Source: Clostridia bacterium (GTDB taxonomy: Bacteria > Bacillota > Clostridia > Oscillospirales > CAG-272). From it: DNA of 64,000 bases. Both the position numbers and the translations under genes were made by a program. The stretch's first letter is position 1. Every line of letters begins with the position of its first letter. The notes below the pieces were generated by a model. It had not been told where the DNA came from. It made no database searches and saw nothing but the letters and a program-made list of their open reading frames with translations. The stretch covers positions 56,711-120,710 of the forward strand of contig JAGANX010000060.1 in NCBI GenBank assembly GCA_017623975.1, read 5' to 3'. Shown piece by piece: positions 7,255 to 17,800 of the stretch.

Positions 7255-9513
7255 TTATTCGTTGTAGTCCCAGTCAACTCTTATGCTATCGGGATTCCAA
7301 TGGTGATCCCAAGTTGCAGGGGCGGAGCTGAGTGGACTTGCCAATTTAAGTGACAAGCAGCTGCCAAATGCTTTGTTGCCAATGTAAGCAACGCTTTCTC
7401 CAATTACAACGAAGGAAAGCTCAGCGCAAGCATAGAATGCTCTGTCACCAATAGAAGTTACTGTGCTCGGTAATGACAAGGAGGTTAAGTGTGAGCAACC
7501 GTAGAATGCTGCACTGCCTACTGTCAAAAGACCCTCGTTTAACTCAACCTCATCAAGAGAAGTACAGTTATAGAATGCTTCGTCACCGAGAGTCTTAACT
7601 GTTTGTGGGAAAACAAGCGTTCTCAATGATGAGCAACCAAAGAAGGCACGATTGCCAATAACGGAAACATCGCTATTAATATGTACTGTTGTAATAGCTG
7701 TGCAGCCTTCAAAAATACTGTTTGGCACGTTTACCAGGCTTGTTGGTAAATTTGCACGTTCAATCAAGGTACAGCCCTTGAATGCGCCCTCGCCAAGCTC
7801 TGTAACGCCATTTGGAATAGCAACACCCTTAAATGGGTTCTTTTCATTTGTGAACAATTCTGTTTGGTCAGTTGTTGCAAGCCTTGTCAAGGAAGTACAT
7901 CCTGCGAAGGCGTTTTTGCCAATACCGGTAACCTTTTCGGGAACAAAAATGCTAACAATTACAGGACAACCCTCAAACAAGCCGTCAGAAATAGCGGTAA
8001 TGTTTTCGGAAAGTGTAATGCCTGCAAGCTTTGCACAGTTAGCAAAAGCATATGCGCCAACACTTGTTACACTATTTGGAACGATTACATTTTCAAGCTT
8101 GTTGCATCTTTCAAAGGTGTGCGCGCCGATTTGACCGACACCGTCATTGATTGTAAGTGTTTTAAGGCTTGTGCAAGCATAGAAGGCAGAATCACCAACT
8201 GATGAAACAGAAGCGGGAATGTCCAATTCTGTAACAGCGGAGCAACCGCTGAATGCACCCGCGCCTATAACTTCAAGACCTTCGTTGAATTTAATGTTAG
8301 AAAGAGAGGTACAGCCCTTAAATGTGTTTGCACCTATATTTTTAAGGTTGGCGGGTGCGTTAAAGCTGGAAAGTGCTAAGCAACCTTCAAAGGCACCGTC
8401 ACCGATGGTTGTCATAGTGTCGTAGAAAAATACGCCTGTAAAGCTGTTTAAGAAATCAGTAGGATTTTCTACGAATTTAGTATTTGAAGAATTGTCTATT
8501 GTCTTTAACGCAATGCATTCTTTAAACGCATTTTTAGGAATTTCTGTAACGCTTTGAGGAATTACTACCTTGGAAAGCTTGTAGCAAGAGCCGAAAGCTC
8601 TTTCGCCAAGAGATGTAACGCTTTCGGGCAATGTAATTTTCTCTAAATCTGAGCAGGAATAGAATGCATCATCACCAACAGCTTCAAGTGTTGATGGCAA
8701 AACCACATTTTTCAAGGAAATGCAGCCTGAGAACATTTTGTCGGGAATAGCGGTAACGCCTTCTTCAAATGTAACACTGTTCAGCTTTGTGCAATTGCTG
8801 AATATACCTTCGCTGAGTGTTATGTTGCTTGGAACAACAGCACTTGCAATATTGGTCCTTGAAAAAGCATTTTTATATACAATGTAAGGCTTATCGCTTG
8901 GAAGGGTGATGTTTAATTCAGAGCCAACATAACCGAGAAGGTAGGTGTAGCTGTAACCGCTGTTGTAAACAATAAAGCCATCTACTTCCGCAGTTTTTAA
9001 AATCTTTTCATTTTTACAAACAAAAAGAGCATTTTTAGCAATACCGCCGTGTGTATCACTGCCGGCTACAATGTCCAAGGGGTTTAAGCAACAAACCTCT
9101 ACCAATTTTTCACAGCCGATGAAAGCATCGTTACCGATTTGCTTAGTGCCGCTTCCCAATGTTATGGTATAAAGATTAGTGCAATATCCAAACGCCTCAA
9201 CACCGATAGATGCAATATTGTTAGGTATTTTTATGCGTGCTAATTTGGCACTGCCGTAGAATGCACGATCACCGATAGCGGTGATTGGAATTCCCTTGTA
9301 GCTATCAGGAATCGTCAAGAATGTTGCACTCTTATTTAAGGATTCTGTGATAGTGTAAGATTTGCCATCCTGGTTTAAGGTAAGAAGAAAGTCGCCTGTA
9401 TCAGCTATATTCGCTGTATTATCCTTTACAGTCTCTTGCGAACAAGAGCAGGCAGTAAACATTAAGATTAAGGCGAAACAAAGAATAGATAAAAATAATA
9501 GCCTTTTTTTCAT
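7255..9513 (-). CDS. BspA-type leucine-rich-repeat surface lipoprotein
   Basis: 752 aa. Signal peptide with lipobox (MFTACSC). About 25 copies of a roughly 23-aa repeat, AFxxCxxLxxIxIPxSVTxIGxxAF. RBS AAAGGAG. Confidence 0.8.
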   Translation of the reverse strand: MKKRLLFLSILCFALILMFTACSCSQETVKDNTANIADTGDFLLTLNQDGKSYTITESLNKSATFLTIPDSYKGIPITAIGDRAFYGSAKLARIKIPNNIASIGVEAFGYCTNLYTITLGSGTKQIGNDAFIGCEKLVEVCCLNPLDIVAGSDTHGGIAKNALFVCKNEKILKTAEVDGFIVYNSGYSYTYLLGYVGSELNITLPSDKPYIVYKNAFSRTNIASAVVPSNITLSEGIFSNCTKLNSVTFEEGVTAIPDKMFSGCISLKNVVLPSTLEAVGDDAFYSCSDLEKITLPESVTSLGERAFGSCYKLSKVVIPQSVTEIPKNAFKECIALKTIDNSSNTKFVENPTDFLNSFTGVFFYDTMTTIGDGAFEGCLALSSFNAPANLKNIGANTFKGCTSLSNIKFNEGLEVIGAGAFSGCSAVTELDIPASVSSVGDSAFYACTSLKTLTINDGVGQIGAHTFERCNKLENVIVPNSVTSVGAYAFANCAKLAGITLSENITAISDGLFEGCPVIVSIFVPEKVTGIGKNAFAGCTSLTRLATTDQTELFTNEKNPFKGVAIPNGVTELGEGAFKGCTLIERANLPTSLVNVPNSIFEGCTAITTVHINSDVSVIGNRAFFGCSSLRTLVFPQTVKTLGDEAFYNCTSLDEVELNEGLLTVGSAAFYGCSHLTSLSLPSTVTSIGDRAFYACAELSFVVIGESVAYIGNKAFGSCLSLKLASPLSSAPATWDHHWNPDSIRVDWDYNE

Positions 9514-9546
9514 ATATATCTCCTTTTGGAATTACATCATATGTCT

Positions 9547-9575
9547 ATAATAACACAATTTGTCCGTTTTGTCAA
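9547..9575 (-). promoter_or_regulatory. sigma-A promoter for the LRR gene
   Basis: Minus strand reads TTGACA - 17 nt - TATTAT with a TGt extended -10. Confidence 0.65.
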
Positions 9576-9662
9576 TTGTAATCTTTATATAAAAACAATT
9601 ATCTTTTTTTGTGTAAGAAAACACCGAGAAAAAAGGTTTGTTCAATTTGAAAAGGCTTTTTA

Positions 9663-9691
9663 TTGACAAAATAAAGAATGTGTGATATGAT
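9663..9691 (+). promoter_or_regulatory. sigma-A promoter for the fnl cassette
   Basis: TTGACA - 17 nt - TATGAT with a TGa extended -10, 36 nt upstream of the ATG at 9727. Confidence 0.7.
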
Positions 9692-9726
9692 AAGATAAAT
9701 AAAAATGTGATTTTTGAGGTGAGATT

Positions 9727-10782
9727 ATGAGCAGTTCTATTTTCGCAGGCAAAACTTTAATGATAACCGGTGGCACAGGCTCCTTTGGTAATGCTGTGTT
9801 AAACAGATTTTTGAAAACCGATATTGGGGAGATTAGAGTATTTTCCCGTGATGAAAAAAAGCAGGACGATATGCGCCACGAATTTCAGGCAAAAATGCCC
9901 GAGGTGGCAGAGAAAATAAAATTCTACATAGGTGATGTAAGAGATTTGGCAAGCGTTAAAAACGCAATGCACGGAGTAGATTACATTTTCCACGCCGCTG
10001 CATTGAAGCAGGTTCCTTCCTGCGAGTTTTTCCCTATTGAAGCAGTAAAAACAAACGTTTTGGGTACTGAAAACGTGCTTACTGCCGCTATTGAAGCCGG
10101 GGTTAAAAACATAGTTTGCCTGTCAACGGATAAAGCAGCGTACCCTGTAAACGCAATGGGAACAAGCAAGGCGATGATGGAAAAGGTTATTGTTGCAAAA
10201 TCAAGAACCGTTTCTCCCGAAAAGACAAAGATATGCTGTACAAGATACGGTAATGTTATGTGCTCCCGTGGCTCTGTAATTCCTTTGTGGATTGACCAAA
10301 TCAGAGCAGGCAAGGATATTACAATTACTGACCCTACAATGACACGCTTTATTATGTCACTTGATGAAGCGGTTGACCTTGTTTTGTTCGCATTTGAGCA
10401 TGGTGAAAGCGGTGACATTCTCGTTCAAAAGGCTCCTGCTTGCACAATTGAAACACAGGCGAAGGCTGTAATTGAGCTTTTTGATAAGGAAAAGAAAACG
10501 GGTATTAAGATCATTGGTATCCGCCACGGTGAAAAAATGTATGAAACGCTTCTTACAAATGAGGAATGCGCAAATGCAATCGACCTTGGCAACTTCTACC
10601 GTGTGCCTTGTGATAAGCGCGGACTTAACTATGATAAATACTTCAAGGATGGCGATAAGGAAAGAAATACCTTGTCCGAGTTTAACTCCCACAATACGGA
10701 GCTTTTGGATGTAGAGGGTGTTAAGGAAAAGCTTCTTTCCTTGGCATATATAAGAGAAGAGCTTGAAAAGGATGCTAAGTGA
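9727..10782 (+). CDS. fnlA: UDP-N-acetylglucosamine 4,6-dehydratase/5-epimerase (FnlA/CapE/WbjB type)
   Basis: 351 aa. N-terminus GKTLMITGGTGSFGNAVLNRFL...IRVFSRDEKKQ is typical of CapE/FnlA. SDR core motifs STDKA..P.N.MG.SK are present. Confidence 0.85.
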   Translation: MSSSIFAGKTLMITGGTGSFGNAVLNRFLKTDIGEIRVFSRDEKKQDDMRHEFQAKMPEVAEKIKFYIGDVRDLASVKNAMHGVDYIFHAAALKQVPSCEFFPIEAVKTNVLGTENVLTAAIEAGVKNIVCLSTDKAAYPVNAMGTSKAMMEKVIVAKSRTVSPEKTKICCTRYGNVMCSRGSVIPLWIDQIRAGKDITITDPTMTRFIMSLDEAVDLVLFAFEHGESGDILVQKAPACTIETQAKAVIELFDKEKKTGIKIIGIRHGEKMYETLLTNEECANAIDLGNFYRVPCDKRGLNYDKYFKDGDKERNTLSEFNSHNTELLDVEGVKEKLLSLAYIREELEKDAK

Positions 10783-11978
10783 TGAATATACTTGTAACCG
10801 GTGCCCGTGGCTTTGTTGGTAAAAATCTTTGCGAGGCGCTTAAAAACATTCGTGACGGCAAGGATAAAACAAGAAGCCTTGTAATTGAAGGCATTTATGA
10901 ATATGATATTGAAACTCCTGAGGAATATTTAGCGGATAATGCTAAAAATGCTGATTTTGTGTTTAATCTTGCAGGGGTAAACAGACCAAAGGAAAATAGC
11001 GAATTTATGGCAGGTAACTTCGGCTTTGCGGACAAGCTTCTTAACTGCTTAAAGGATGCAGGTAATACCTGTCCTGTTATGATTTCTTCCTCTATTCAAG
11101 CTACCTTGATTGGCAGATACGGTGAAAGCGATTACGGAAAAAGCAAGCAAGCAGGGGAAGAGCTTTTGTTTGAATATGGCAAGAATACGGGGGCACGTGT
11201 CTTAGTTTACCGTTTTCCTAACCTTTTCGGAAAATGGTGCAGACCAAATTACAACTCCGCGGTTGCTACATTTTGTAATAATATTGCAAATGATTTGCCA
11301 ATACAGGTTAATGACAGAAACGTGCAGCTTGAACTTTTATATATTGATGATTTAATTGATGAAATGCTTGATGCCTTGGAGGGTAAGGAGCATAGATGTA
11401 ATTATGACGGGCTGACACCTGTTTTTGATGAGAACGGTCGATACTGTGTCGCTCCTGTTACCCATAAGGTAACACTTGGGGAGATAGTTGACCTTCTTTA
11501 TACCTTTGTAAATCAGCCTAAGAGCTTGGTTGTGCCCGAAATACCAAAGGGCTCCTTTGCAAAGAAGCTTTATTCAACATTTTTGTCATACTTACCAAAG
11601 GAAAAGGTGTCATTCCCATTGAAGATGAATGTTGACCCGAGAGGAAGCTTTACTGAGCTTATAAAAAGCGAAAAGTGCGGACAAGTGTCGATAAATATAT
11701 CAAAACCGGGCATTACAAAGGGTCAGCATTGGCACAACACTAAGTGGGAATTTTTCATTGTTGTATCAGGCAAGGGACTTATTCAAATGCGTAAAATCGG
11801 CTCGGACGAGGTGCTTAACTTTGAGGTTAGCGGCGAGAAAATCGAAGCGGTTCATATGCTTCCCGGCTACACCCACAACATTATAAATTTAAGCGAAACA
11901 GAAGATTTGGTAACGGTAATGTGGGCTAACGAAAGCTTCGACCCAAATAAGCCGGATACGTTTTTTGAACAAGTATAA
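10782..11978 (+). CDS. fnlB: UDP-2-acetamido-2,6-dideoxy-hexulose reductase, SDR plus C-terminal cupin (FnlB/CapF type)
   Basis: N-terminal Rossmann motif ILVTGARGFVGKNL and a C-terminal cupin (DPRGSFTE...GQHWHNTK). The ATG overlaps the fnlA stop (TGATG). The listed ORF begins 3 nt earlier at a GTG. Confidence 0.8.
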   Translation: MNILVTGARGFVGKNLCEALKNIRDGKDKTRSLVIEGIYEYDIETPEEYLADNAKNADFVFNLAGVNRPKENSEFMAGNFGFADKLLNCLKDAGNTCPVMISSSIQATLIGRYGESDYGKSKQAGEELLFEYGKNTGARVLVYRFPNLFGKWCRPNYNSAVATFCNNIANDLPIQVNDRNVQLELLYIDDLIDEMLDALEGKEHRCNYDGLTPVFDENGRYCVAPVTHKVTLGEIVDLLYTFVNQPKSLVVPEIPKGSFAKKLYSTFLSYLPKEKVSFPLKMNVDPRGSFTELIKSEKCGQVSINISKPGITKGQHWHNTKWEFFIVVSGKGLIQMRKIGSDEVLNFEVSGEKIEAVHMLPGYTHNIINLSETEDLVTVMWANESFDPNKPDTFFEQV

Positions 11979-12009
11979 CTTGAAATACGAACTTGTATGA
12001 AGGTGTGAA

Positions 12010-12993
12010 ATGATGAAAACAGAAAATTATTCTATGAACAGCCGCGCATTATATGTGATTAAATTTTTCGCTATTCTGTCAGTTGTTTTTGCCCATTGTT
12101 CTTACCACGGCACCCCTGTTGCTCATAGTATATCGGGGCTTATAGGCGGCTTGGGTGTTCCTATCTTTTTGATTTCTTCCGGTATTTTCTTTAATAGCGG
12201 TGAAGCGACCAAAAAATTCTGGACGAAGAAATTGAAGGGTATAATAGTGCCGTGGTTGATTTTTGGCGTTTTGACATACATATTGGCTGTAATACTTGGC
12301 GGTCCCTTTGGCATCGTTAATATGCTTCGTTGGATAATCGGTCACGGTACATGGATGTATTTTGTCACAATTTTGCTTTTCTATTATGTTTTTTTCAGAG
12401 CAATTCGTTGGGAAGGCATTCACTATGTTGCAATTGCCCTTTGGATTTTATCTAATGTGTTAGACGTATTTGGGGTCAACCCTATTTCCAATCTTGTCGG
12501 TCAGTATCTTAACCCGTTTTCAAGAATCGGTTATTTTTCCATGGGTGTCTTGGCTAAAAAAGTCGGTATTCTTGAATTTAAAACGCCTAAGCTGTGGATT
12601 AAGCTTGTTGCATCCTTTGTAACACTCGGTCTCGGTGTAGTGTCAATATGCCTTAGAGAAATTGCTTTTGCGGCTTATGCCACGGAGATGGTATTTACAC
12701 TCTGCGCTACGGCTACACTGTTTTTCTGGTCACAGAGCTTGTCTGAATGTACGCTGTTACAAAACATTGGAAAGCAAACCTACCTAATCTATTTTCTGCA
12801 TATGCAGCTGGGAATCGGCGCGGTTAATGCAGTTGTGCGTGTCCTTTCGCTGCCCACCGCGGCGGACTGGGTGTTGCTTTTCGTTAAGCCTGTTACTATT
12901 CTTGCTCTTGTTTACCTTGGTATAGTTGTTCTTGACATAATTATTAAAAAATTGGGTATAAGCAAGTACAAGTGGATTATCGGACTGAAATAA
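12010..12993 (+). CDS. acyltransferase family 3 (AT3) integral membrane O-acyltransferase
   Basis: 327 aa with about 10 hydrophobic helices. N-terminal AT3-like motif FFAILSVVFAHC. Embedded between fnlB and fnlC. Confidence 0.7.
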   Translation: MMKTENYSMNSRALYVIKFFAILSVVFAHCSYHGTPVAHSISGLIGGLGVPIFLISSGIFFNSGEATKKFWTKKLKGIIVPWLIFGVLTYILAVILGGPFGIVNMLRWIIGHGTWMYFVTILLFYYVFFRAIRWEGIHYVAIALWILSNVLDVFGVNPISNLVGQYLNPFSRIGYFSMGVLAKKVGILEFKTPKLWIKLVASFVTLGLGVVSICLREIAFAAYATEMVFTLCATATLFFWSQSLSECTLLQNIGKQTYLIYFLHMQLGIGAVNAVVRVLSLPTAADWVLLFVKPVTILALVYLGIVVLDIIIKKLGISKYKWIIGLK

Positions 12994-13014
12994 TACTAAT
13001 TACGGAGAGTAAAA

Positions 13015-14199
13015 ATGAACATTAAAACAGATTACAGTGACGTTTCATTTAAGGATGACGGACGTCTAAAACTTTTGATAATAGTTGGTACAAGACCGGA
13101 AATTATACGCTTGGCGGCGGTAATTAACAAATGCAGAAAAAATTTCGATTGCGTTCTTGCACATACAGGTCAAAACTATGATTACAATTTGAACGGAATT
13201 TTCTTCCGTGACTTAAAGCTTGATGACCCTGAGGTTTATATGGATGCGGTTGGCGATGATTTGGGCGCAACGGTTGGTAATATCATCAACTGCTCATACA
13301 AGTTGATGGCACAAATTAAGCCTGATGCGTTGCTTATTCTTGGTGATACCAACTCTTGCTTGTCCGCTATTGCGGCAAAGAGACTTCATATTCCTATTTT
13401 CCATATGGAGGCAGGAAACAGATGTAAGGATGAGTGCTTGCCCGAGGAAACAAACAGACGTATTGTTGACATAATTTCTGACGTAAATTTGGCTTATTCC
13501 GAGCATGCAAGAAAATATCTGCACGAGTGCGGATTGCCAAAGGAAAGAGTATATGTAACAGGCTCTCCAATGGCAGAGGTTTTGCATCAAAATCTTGATG
13601 AAATTAAGAAGTCCGATGTTTTGAAAAGACTTGGCTTGGAGCCTAAAAAATACATACTTTTGTCAGCCCATAGAGAGGAAAATATCGACACAGAGAAGAA
13701 CTTTTTGTCACTTTTCACCGCTATCAACAGGTTAGCGGAAAAGTACGATATGCCTATCCTTTACTCCTGCCATCCACGCTCCAAAAAGCGCTTGGAGGCA
13801 AGCGGCTTTGCTCTTGACAAAAGGGTAATTAAAAACGAGCCATTGGGCTTCCATGACTATAATAATTTGCAAATGAATGCATTTTGTGTTGTGTCTGACA
13901 GCGGAACGCTTCCTGAGGAGTCAAGCTTCTTTACAAGCGTTGGAAATCCTTTCCCTGCTGTATGTATCCGTACCTCTACGGAAAGACCGGAAGCGCTTGA
14001 CAAGGCGTGCTTTATTTTGGCGGGTATTGATGAAAAATCTCTATTGCAAGCCGTTACAACAGCTGTTGATTTGAATGAATGCGGTGACTACGGCATCCCT
14101 GTTCCGGACTATGTGGAAGAAAATGTTTCAACTAAGGTAGTTAAAATTATTCAATCCTATACGGGGGTTGTTAACAAGATGGTTTGGAGAAAATTCTAA
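13015..14199 (+). CDS. fnlC: UDP-N-acetylglucosamine 2-epimerase, non-hydrolysing (FnlC/CapG type)
   Basis: 394 aa. Motifs IVGTRPEIIRLA, HTGQNYD, GDTNS and HMEAGNR. Confidence 0.85.
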   Translation: MNIKTDYSDVSFKDDGRLKLLIIVGTRPEIIRLAAVINKCRKNFDCVLAHTGQNYDYNLNGIFFRDLKLDDPEVYMDAVGDDLGATVGNIINCSYKLMAQIKPDALLILGDTNSCLSAIAAKRLHIPIFHMEAGNRCKDECLPEETNRRIVDIISDVNLAYSEHARKYLHECGLPKERVYVTGSPMAEVLHQNLDEIKKSDVLKRLGLEPKKYILLSAHREENIDTEKNFLSLFTAINRLAEKYDMPILYSCHPRSKKRLEASGFALDKRVIKNEPLGFHDYNNLQMNAFCVVSDSGTLPEESSFFTSVGNPFPAVCIRTSTERPEALDKACFILAGIDEKSLLQAVTTAVDLNECGDYGIPVPDYVEENVSTKVVKIIQSYTGVVNKMVWRKF

Positions 14200-14212
14200 G
14201 TAACATACAACT

Positions 14213-14247
14213 AAGACATACTGCTTTGCGCGGTATGTCTTTTTTTG
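14213..14247 (+). terminator. terminator after fnlC
   Basis: Hairpin AGACATAC...GTATGTCT followed by TTTTTTT. Confidence 0.8.
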
Positions 14248-14740
14248 TTGTTTTTGTAACCTTAGATATGTTGATTTCGTCATATATAGTGAGGGGGATT
14301 TTATACTGCTTTTGCGAAGAATTTGATGAAAGTTTGATTATGTGAAGGTTATGTGAAAATCCGTTAAGAAAGGGGTGAAACTGCATTGAATGTTTTCACG
14401 AGCTCAACAAATCTTCCATTTAATGTGGTAGAATAACCGAGGCAGAGGAATGCCATAAGTTCCCTGCCAAACCAAAATATTGCATGGCTATATGCTGTTG
14501 CTTGGTGCAGTATTTTCTCCGTATGTTGTACAAGCAAAATCTTGTTTAAAGGAGGTAAATTTAAGAAGCTCTTTCAAACGTCATATTGAATGGTTCCAAA
14601 ATTAAGGACAAAAGGTCCTATAAGCACGCAAATTTTGGACATTTTACATAATTTTTTGACCTTCGTTCGAAAACGAAAGTTGAAAAATTGTGCAATATGA
14701 CAAAAATTCTTATGGTTTTGCGGCTTAAAATTATTTATAG

Positions 14741-14769
14741 TTGCAAAAATCAAGATTGCGTGTTATAAT
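14741..14769 (+). promoter_or_regulatory. near-consensus sigma-A promoter of the acidic-protein/MoxR/VWA operon
   Basis: TTGCAA - 17 nt - TATAAT with a TGt extended -10, about 45 nt upstream of the ATG at 14814. Confidence 0.75.
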
Positions 14770-14813
14770 ATAATGGTATAAAAATGAAAAAACTAATTTT
14801 AGGAGGAATCTTT

Positions 14814-17800
14814 ATGGATATTAAGCAAATGATAAGACCTTATAAACGCCGCTTAGTAGTTGAGTCACTTATCAAGGCATCTGCGTTTGGCATTTTCTTC
14901 GGTCTTTGCTTAACACTCGCTATGGCAGTAGCATTCAGATTTGTGCCTGCTAACAAGTACAGCATGCAGCCCGGCTACTTGCTTGGTGCTATCCTTGCAG
15001 GCGTTGGATGCGCTGCAATTGTTGGTACAGTTATCTACATCGTACGTTACAGATATGGAATCAAGGTGATCGCAAAAAGGATTGACGAGCTTGGACTTGA
15101 CGAGCGCGTTAGTACAATGATTGAGTATCAAAACGACCCATCCTTTGTTGCCAAGCTTCAAAGAGAGGACACACAGGCTCGTATGTCCGGTATGACAGTT
15201 AAGGCAATGAAGATTAGACTACCGATAAGAATTTTATCCGGCTGTCTTGCAGTTATGATGGTTCTTCTTTTGACACTTAACATTTATGCAGCTGATGAAG
15301 CACCTTACCCACACACAAAGTTTGACTCTCCGGGTTACATCAAGAATCTTGAAGATATTCTTGACAACTCCGAAATTTCAGATGAACACAAGGAAGTTAT
15401 TCAGGACGTGCTTGACCGCTTTGAATCTATTCTTAACAGCGATATCAGCAAGGAAGAAATGCTTGATGCAATTCAAAAGCTTGATAAAGAGCTTAAAGAC
15501 TATTTGAAGCAAGAGCTTGAAAAGAGAGATGAAATTCTTGATGCAATGAAGGAAGATGAGCTTATGAAGGACTTGGCTGACGCTATTGAGTCACAAGACC
15601 CTGATAAGATCAAGGACGCTATCGAGGATTTGAAGGAGAAAATTGAAGAACAGCCAACAGAGCAAGAAAAGCAAGATATGGCTGAGCAGATTCAAGATTC
15701 ACTTGAAAATGTTATAAAGGATGCACAGGACAGCGCATTGAAGGATGCTCTTGACCAAGCAAAGGATGATCTTGACAAGGTAATTGAAGAGCTTGAAAAG
15801 ATTGAGCAGGAAAAGAATGAAATTCAAGACCAGATAGACGACAAGCAAGAGCAACAGGATCAAAACGAGCAGCAAAAAGAGCAAAATCAACAGCAGCAGG
15901 AGCAAAATCAAGATAAGATTGAGCAAAATCAGCAACAGATTGAGCAAAATCAAGATAAGATGGAGCAAATAGAACAAGATTCTTCCATGACCGAGCAGGA
16001 AAAACAGGATGCTAAGGAAGAGCTTGAAAAGGAAAATGAACAGTTAAAGCAAGAAAACGAGCAGTTGAAGCAGGAAAACGAAAATCTTGACAAGGAAAAT
16101 GAAAACCTTGACAAGGAAAACGAACAGCTTGAACAAGACAAGGAACAGCTTGAACAGGAAAAGGAAAATGTAAATCAAGACCAATACCAAGAGCAGCTTG
16201 ACAAGACATTTGATGATATGTATGAAAACATCATGGACGCTGTTGAGGAAATGGAAGACTTGAAGGATACAATCGAGCAGGAAAGAGAAGAACTCGATAA
16301 GGCGGAAGAGGAGCTCATGGGCAAGGAAGACAATGCTATTGAGAACGGCTTCGAAAATATCGAGGACATTATCGACCAGTCCAAGGCAGACGAAGAAACA
16401 AAGGACGACATGCGTGAGGATATGGAAGACCTCAAACAAGACCTCGAAGATATTTCCAAGGATGAAAACATGACAGAAGAGGAAAAGACAGAGGCTAAGG
16501 ACGAGGCTATCCACGACAAGCAGGACGAACTTGAAGACGATGCTAAGAAAGAGGACGAGGCTCAAAAGGAAATCGCTGACAATATGCAAAACAGCGAAAA
16601 CGATGTTGTTAAGGATTTGGGTGAAGCTATTGAGTCTAAGGACGAGAATAAGATCAACGATGCCCTTGATAAGATAAAGGAAGAGCTTGACAAGATTGAA
16701 CAGGAAAAGAACGACTTGCAGGATCAAATCAATGATAAGCAAGAAGAAATCAATGACAAGCAAGACCAAATCGACAAAATTCAGGATCAAATCAACGAAA
16801 ACAACAAAAATGAAGAAATGACTGATCAAGAAAAGGCAGAGGCAAACGAAAGCCTTGAAGACCAAAAGAATCAGTTAGAGCAGGAAAAGGAAAATCTTGA
16901 AAACGAAAAGACTGACCTTGAAAATTCAAAGCAAGAGCAGCAGGATAAGGAAGACAGCATAATTGAAGACCTCTTCAATTCAACTGAAAATGCTCCTGAC
17001 TCTGAAATTAAGGACGCAGTTCAAGATTATACAGAAAACCTGGATAAGAGTGAAAACGAGCAGGATCGTGAAGATGCAACAGAGGATGCTAAGCACGATA
17101 TCAACAACGCAATCCAAAAGAACGAAACAAATAAGGAAATCGCTGACGAGCTTGACAATATCCGTCAAGAAATCAACAAGTCACAAGCAAACAAGGAAAA
17201 CAACGATACAATGGAAGACTTGAAGGATGCAATCGAAAACAGCGATGCAAATGCTCAGGACAGAGAAGATGCAAAGGATTGGCTCGATAAGAACAATCAA
17301 CAAATTCAAGACGATATTCTTAACAACGAGAATATGACTGAGCAAGAAAAGAACGAGACTCTTGGTGACAAATACCAAGATATGAAGGACCAAATCAACC
17401 AAGGCATGCAAGAAGATCAGCAGCAGTATGACAAGGATACAGATTCCTTCCAAAGTTCAACTGATGAGAATTTCCAACAAATCGGTGAAGCACTCAAGGA
17501 AAACAATAAAGACAAACTTGAGGGTGCTACTGAAAATATCAAGCAAGAAAATAACCAAACAACTAACGAGGCTTGGGACAAGAACGTTAATGATATGATT
17601 GAAGAGCTTGACAAGATTCTTGGCGATGAAGCGGTTAGTGATGAAATGAAGGATATCGTTTCCGACTACAAGGATTCTCTCCAAAATGCACAGCAAAACA
17701 AGGAAAATGGCACAATCACAGAGGAAGAAGCTAAGGAACAGGTAAACGGTGCAACAGACCAATTCAAGGAAAACCTTGAAGACTTCATGCAAGACCATTT

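Noticed and set aside
9981-10692. 145-aa and 111-aa minus-strand ORFs inside fnlA.
   Set aside because: They are antisense to a CDS with clear CapE/FnlA motifs, with no RBS and no motifs of their own.
14590-14700. 36-codon ORF (MVPKLRTKGPISTQILDILHNF...) in the long intergenic region.
   Set aside because: There is no SD at a functional distance, since the AAAGGAGG lies about 35 nt upstream. Nothing distinguishes it from a chance ORF in AT-rich DNA.
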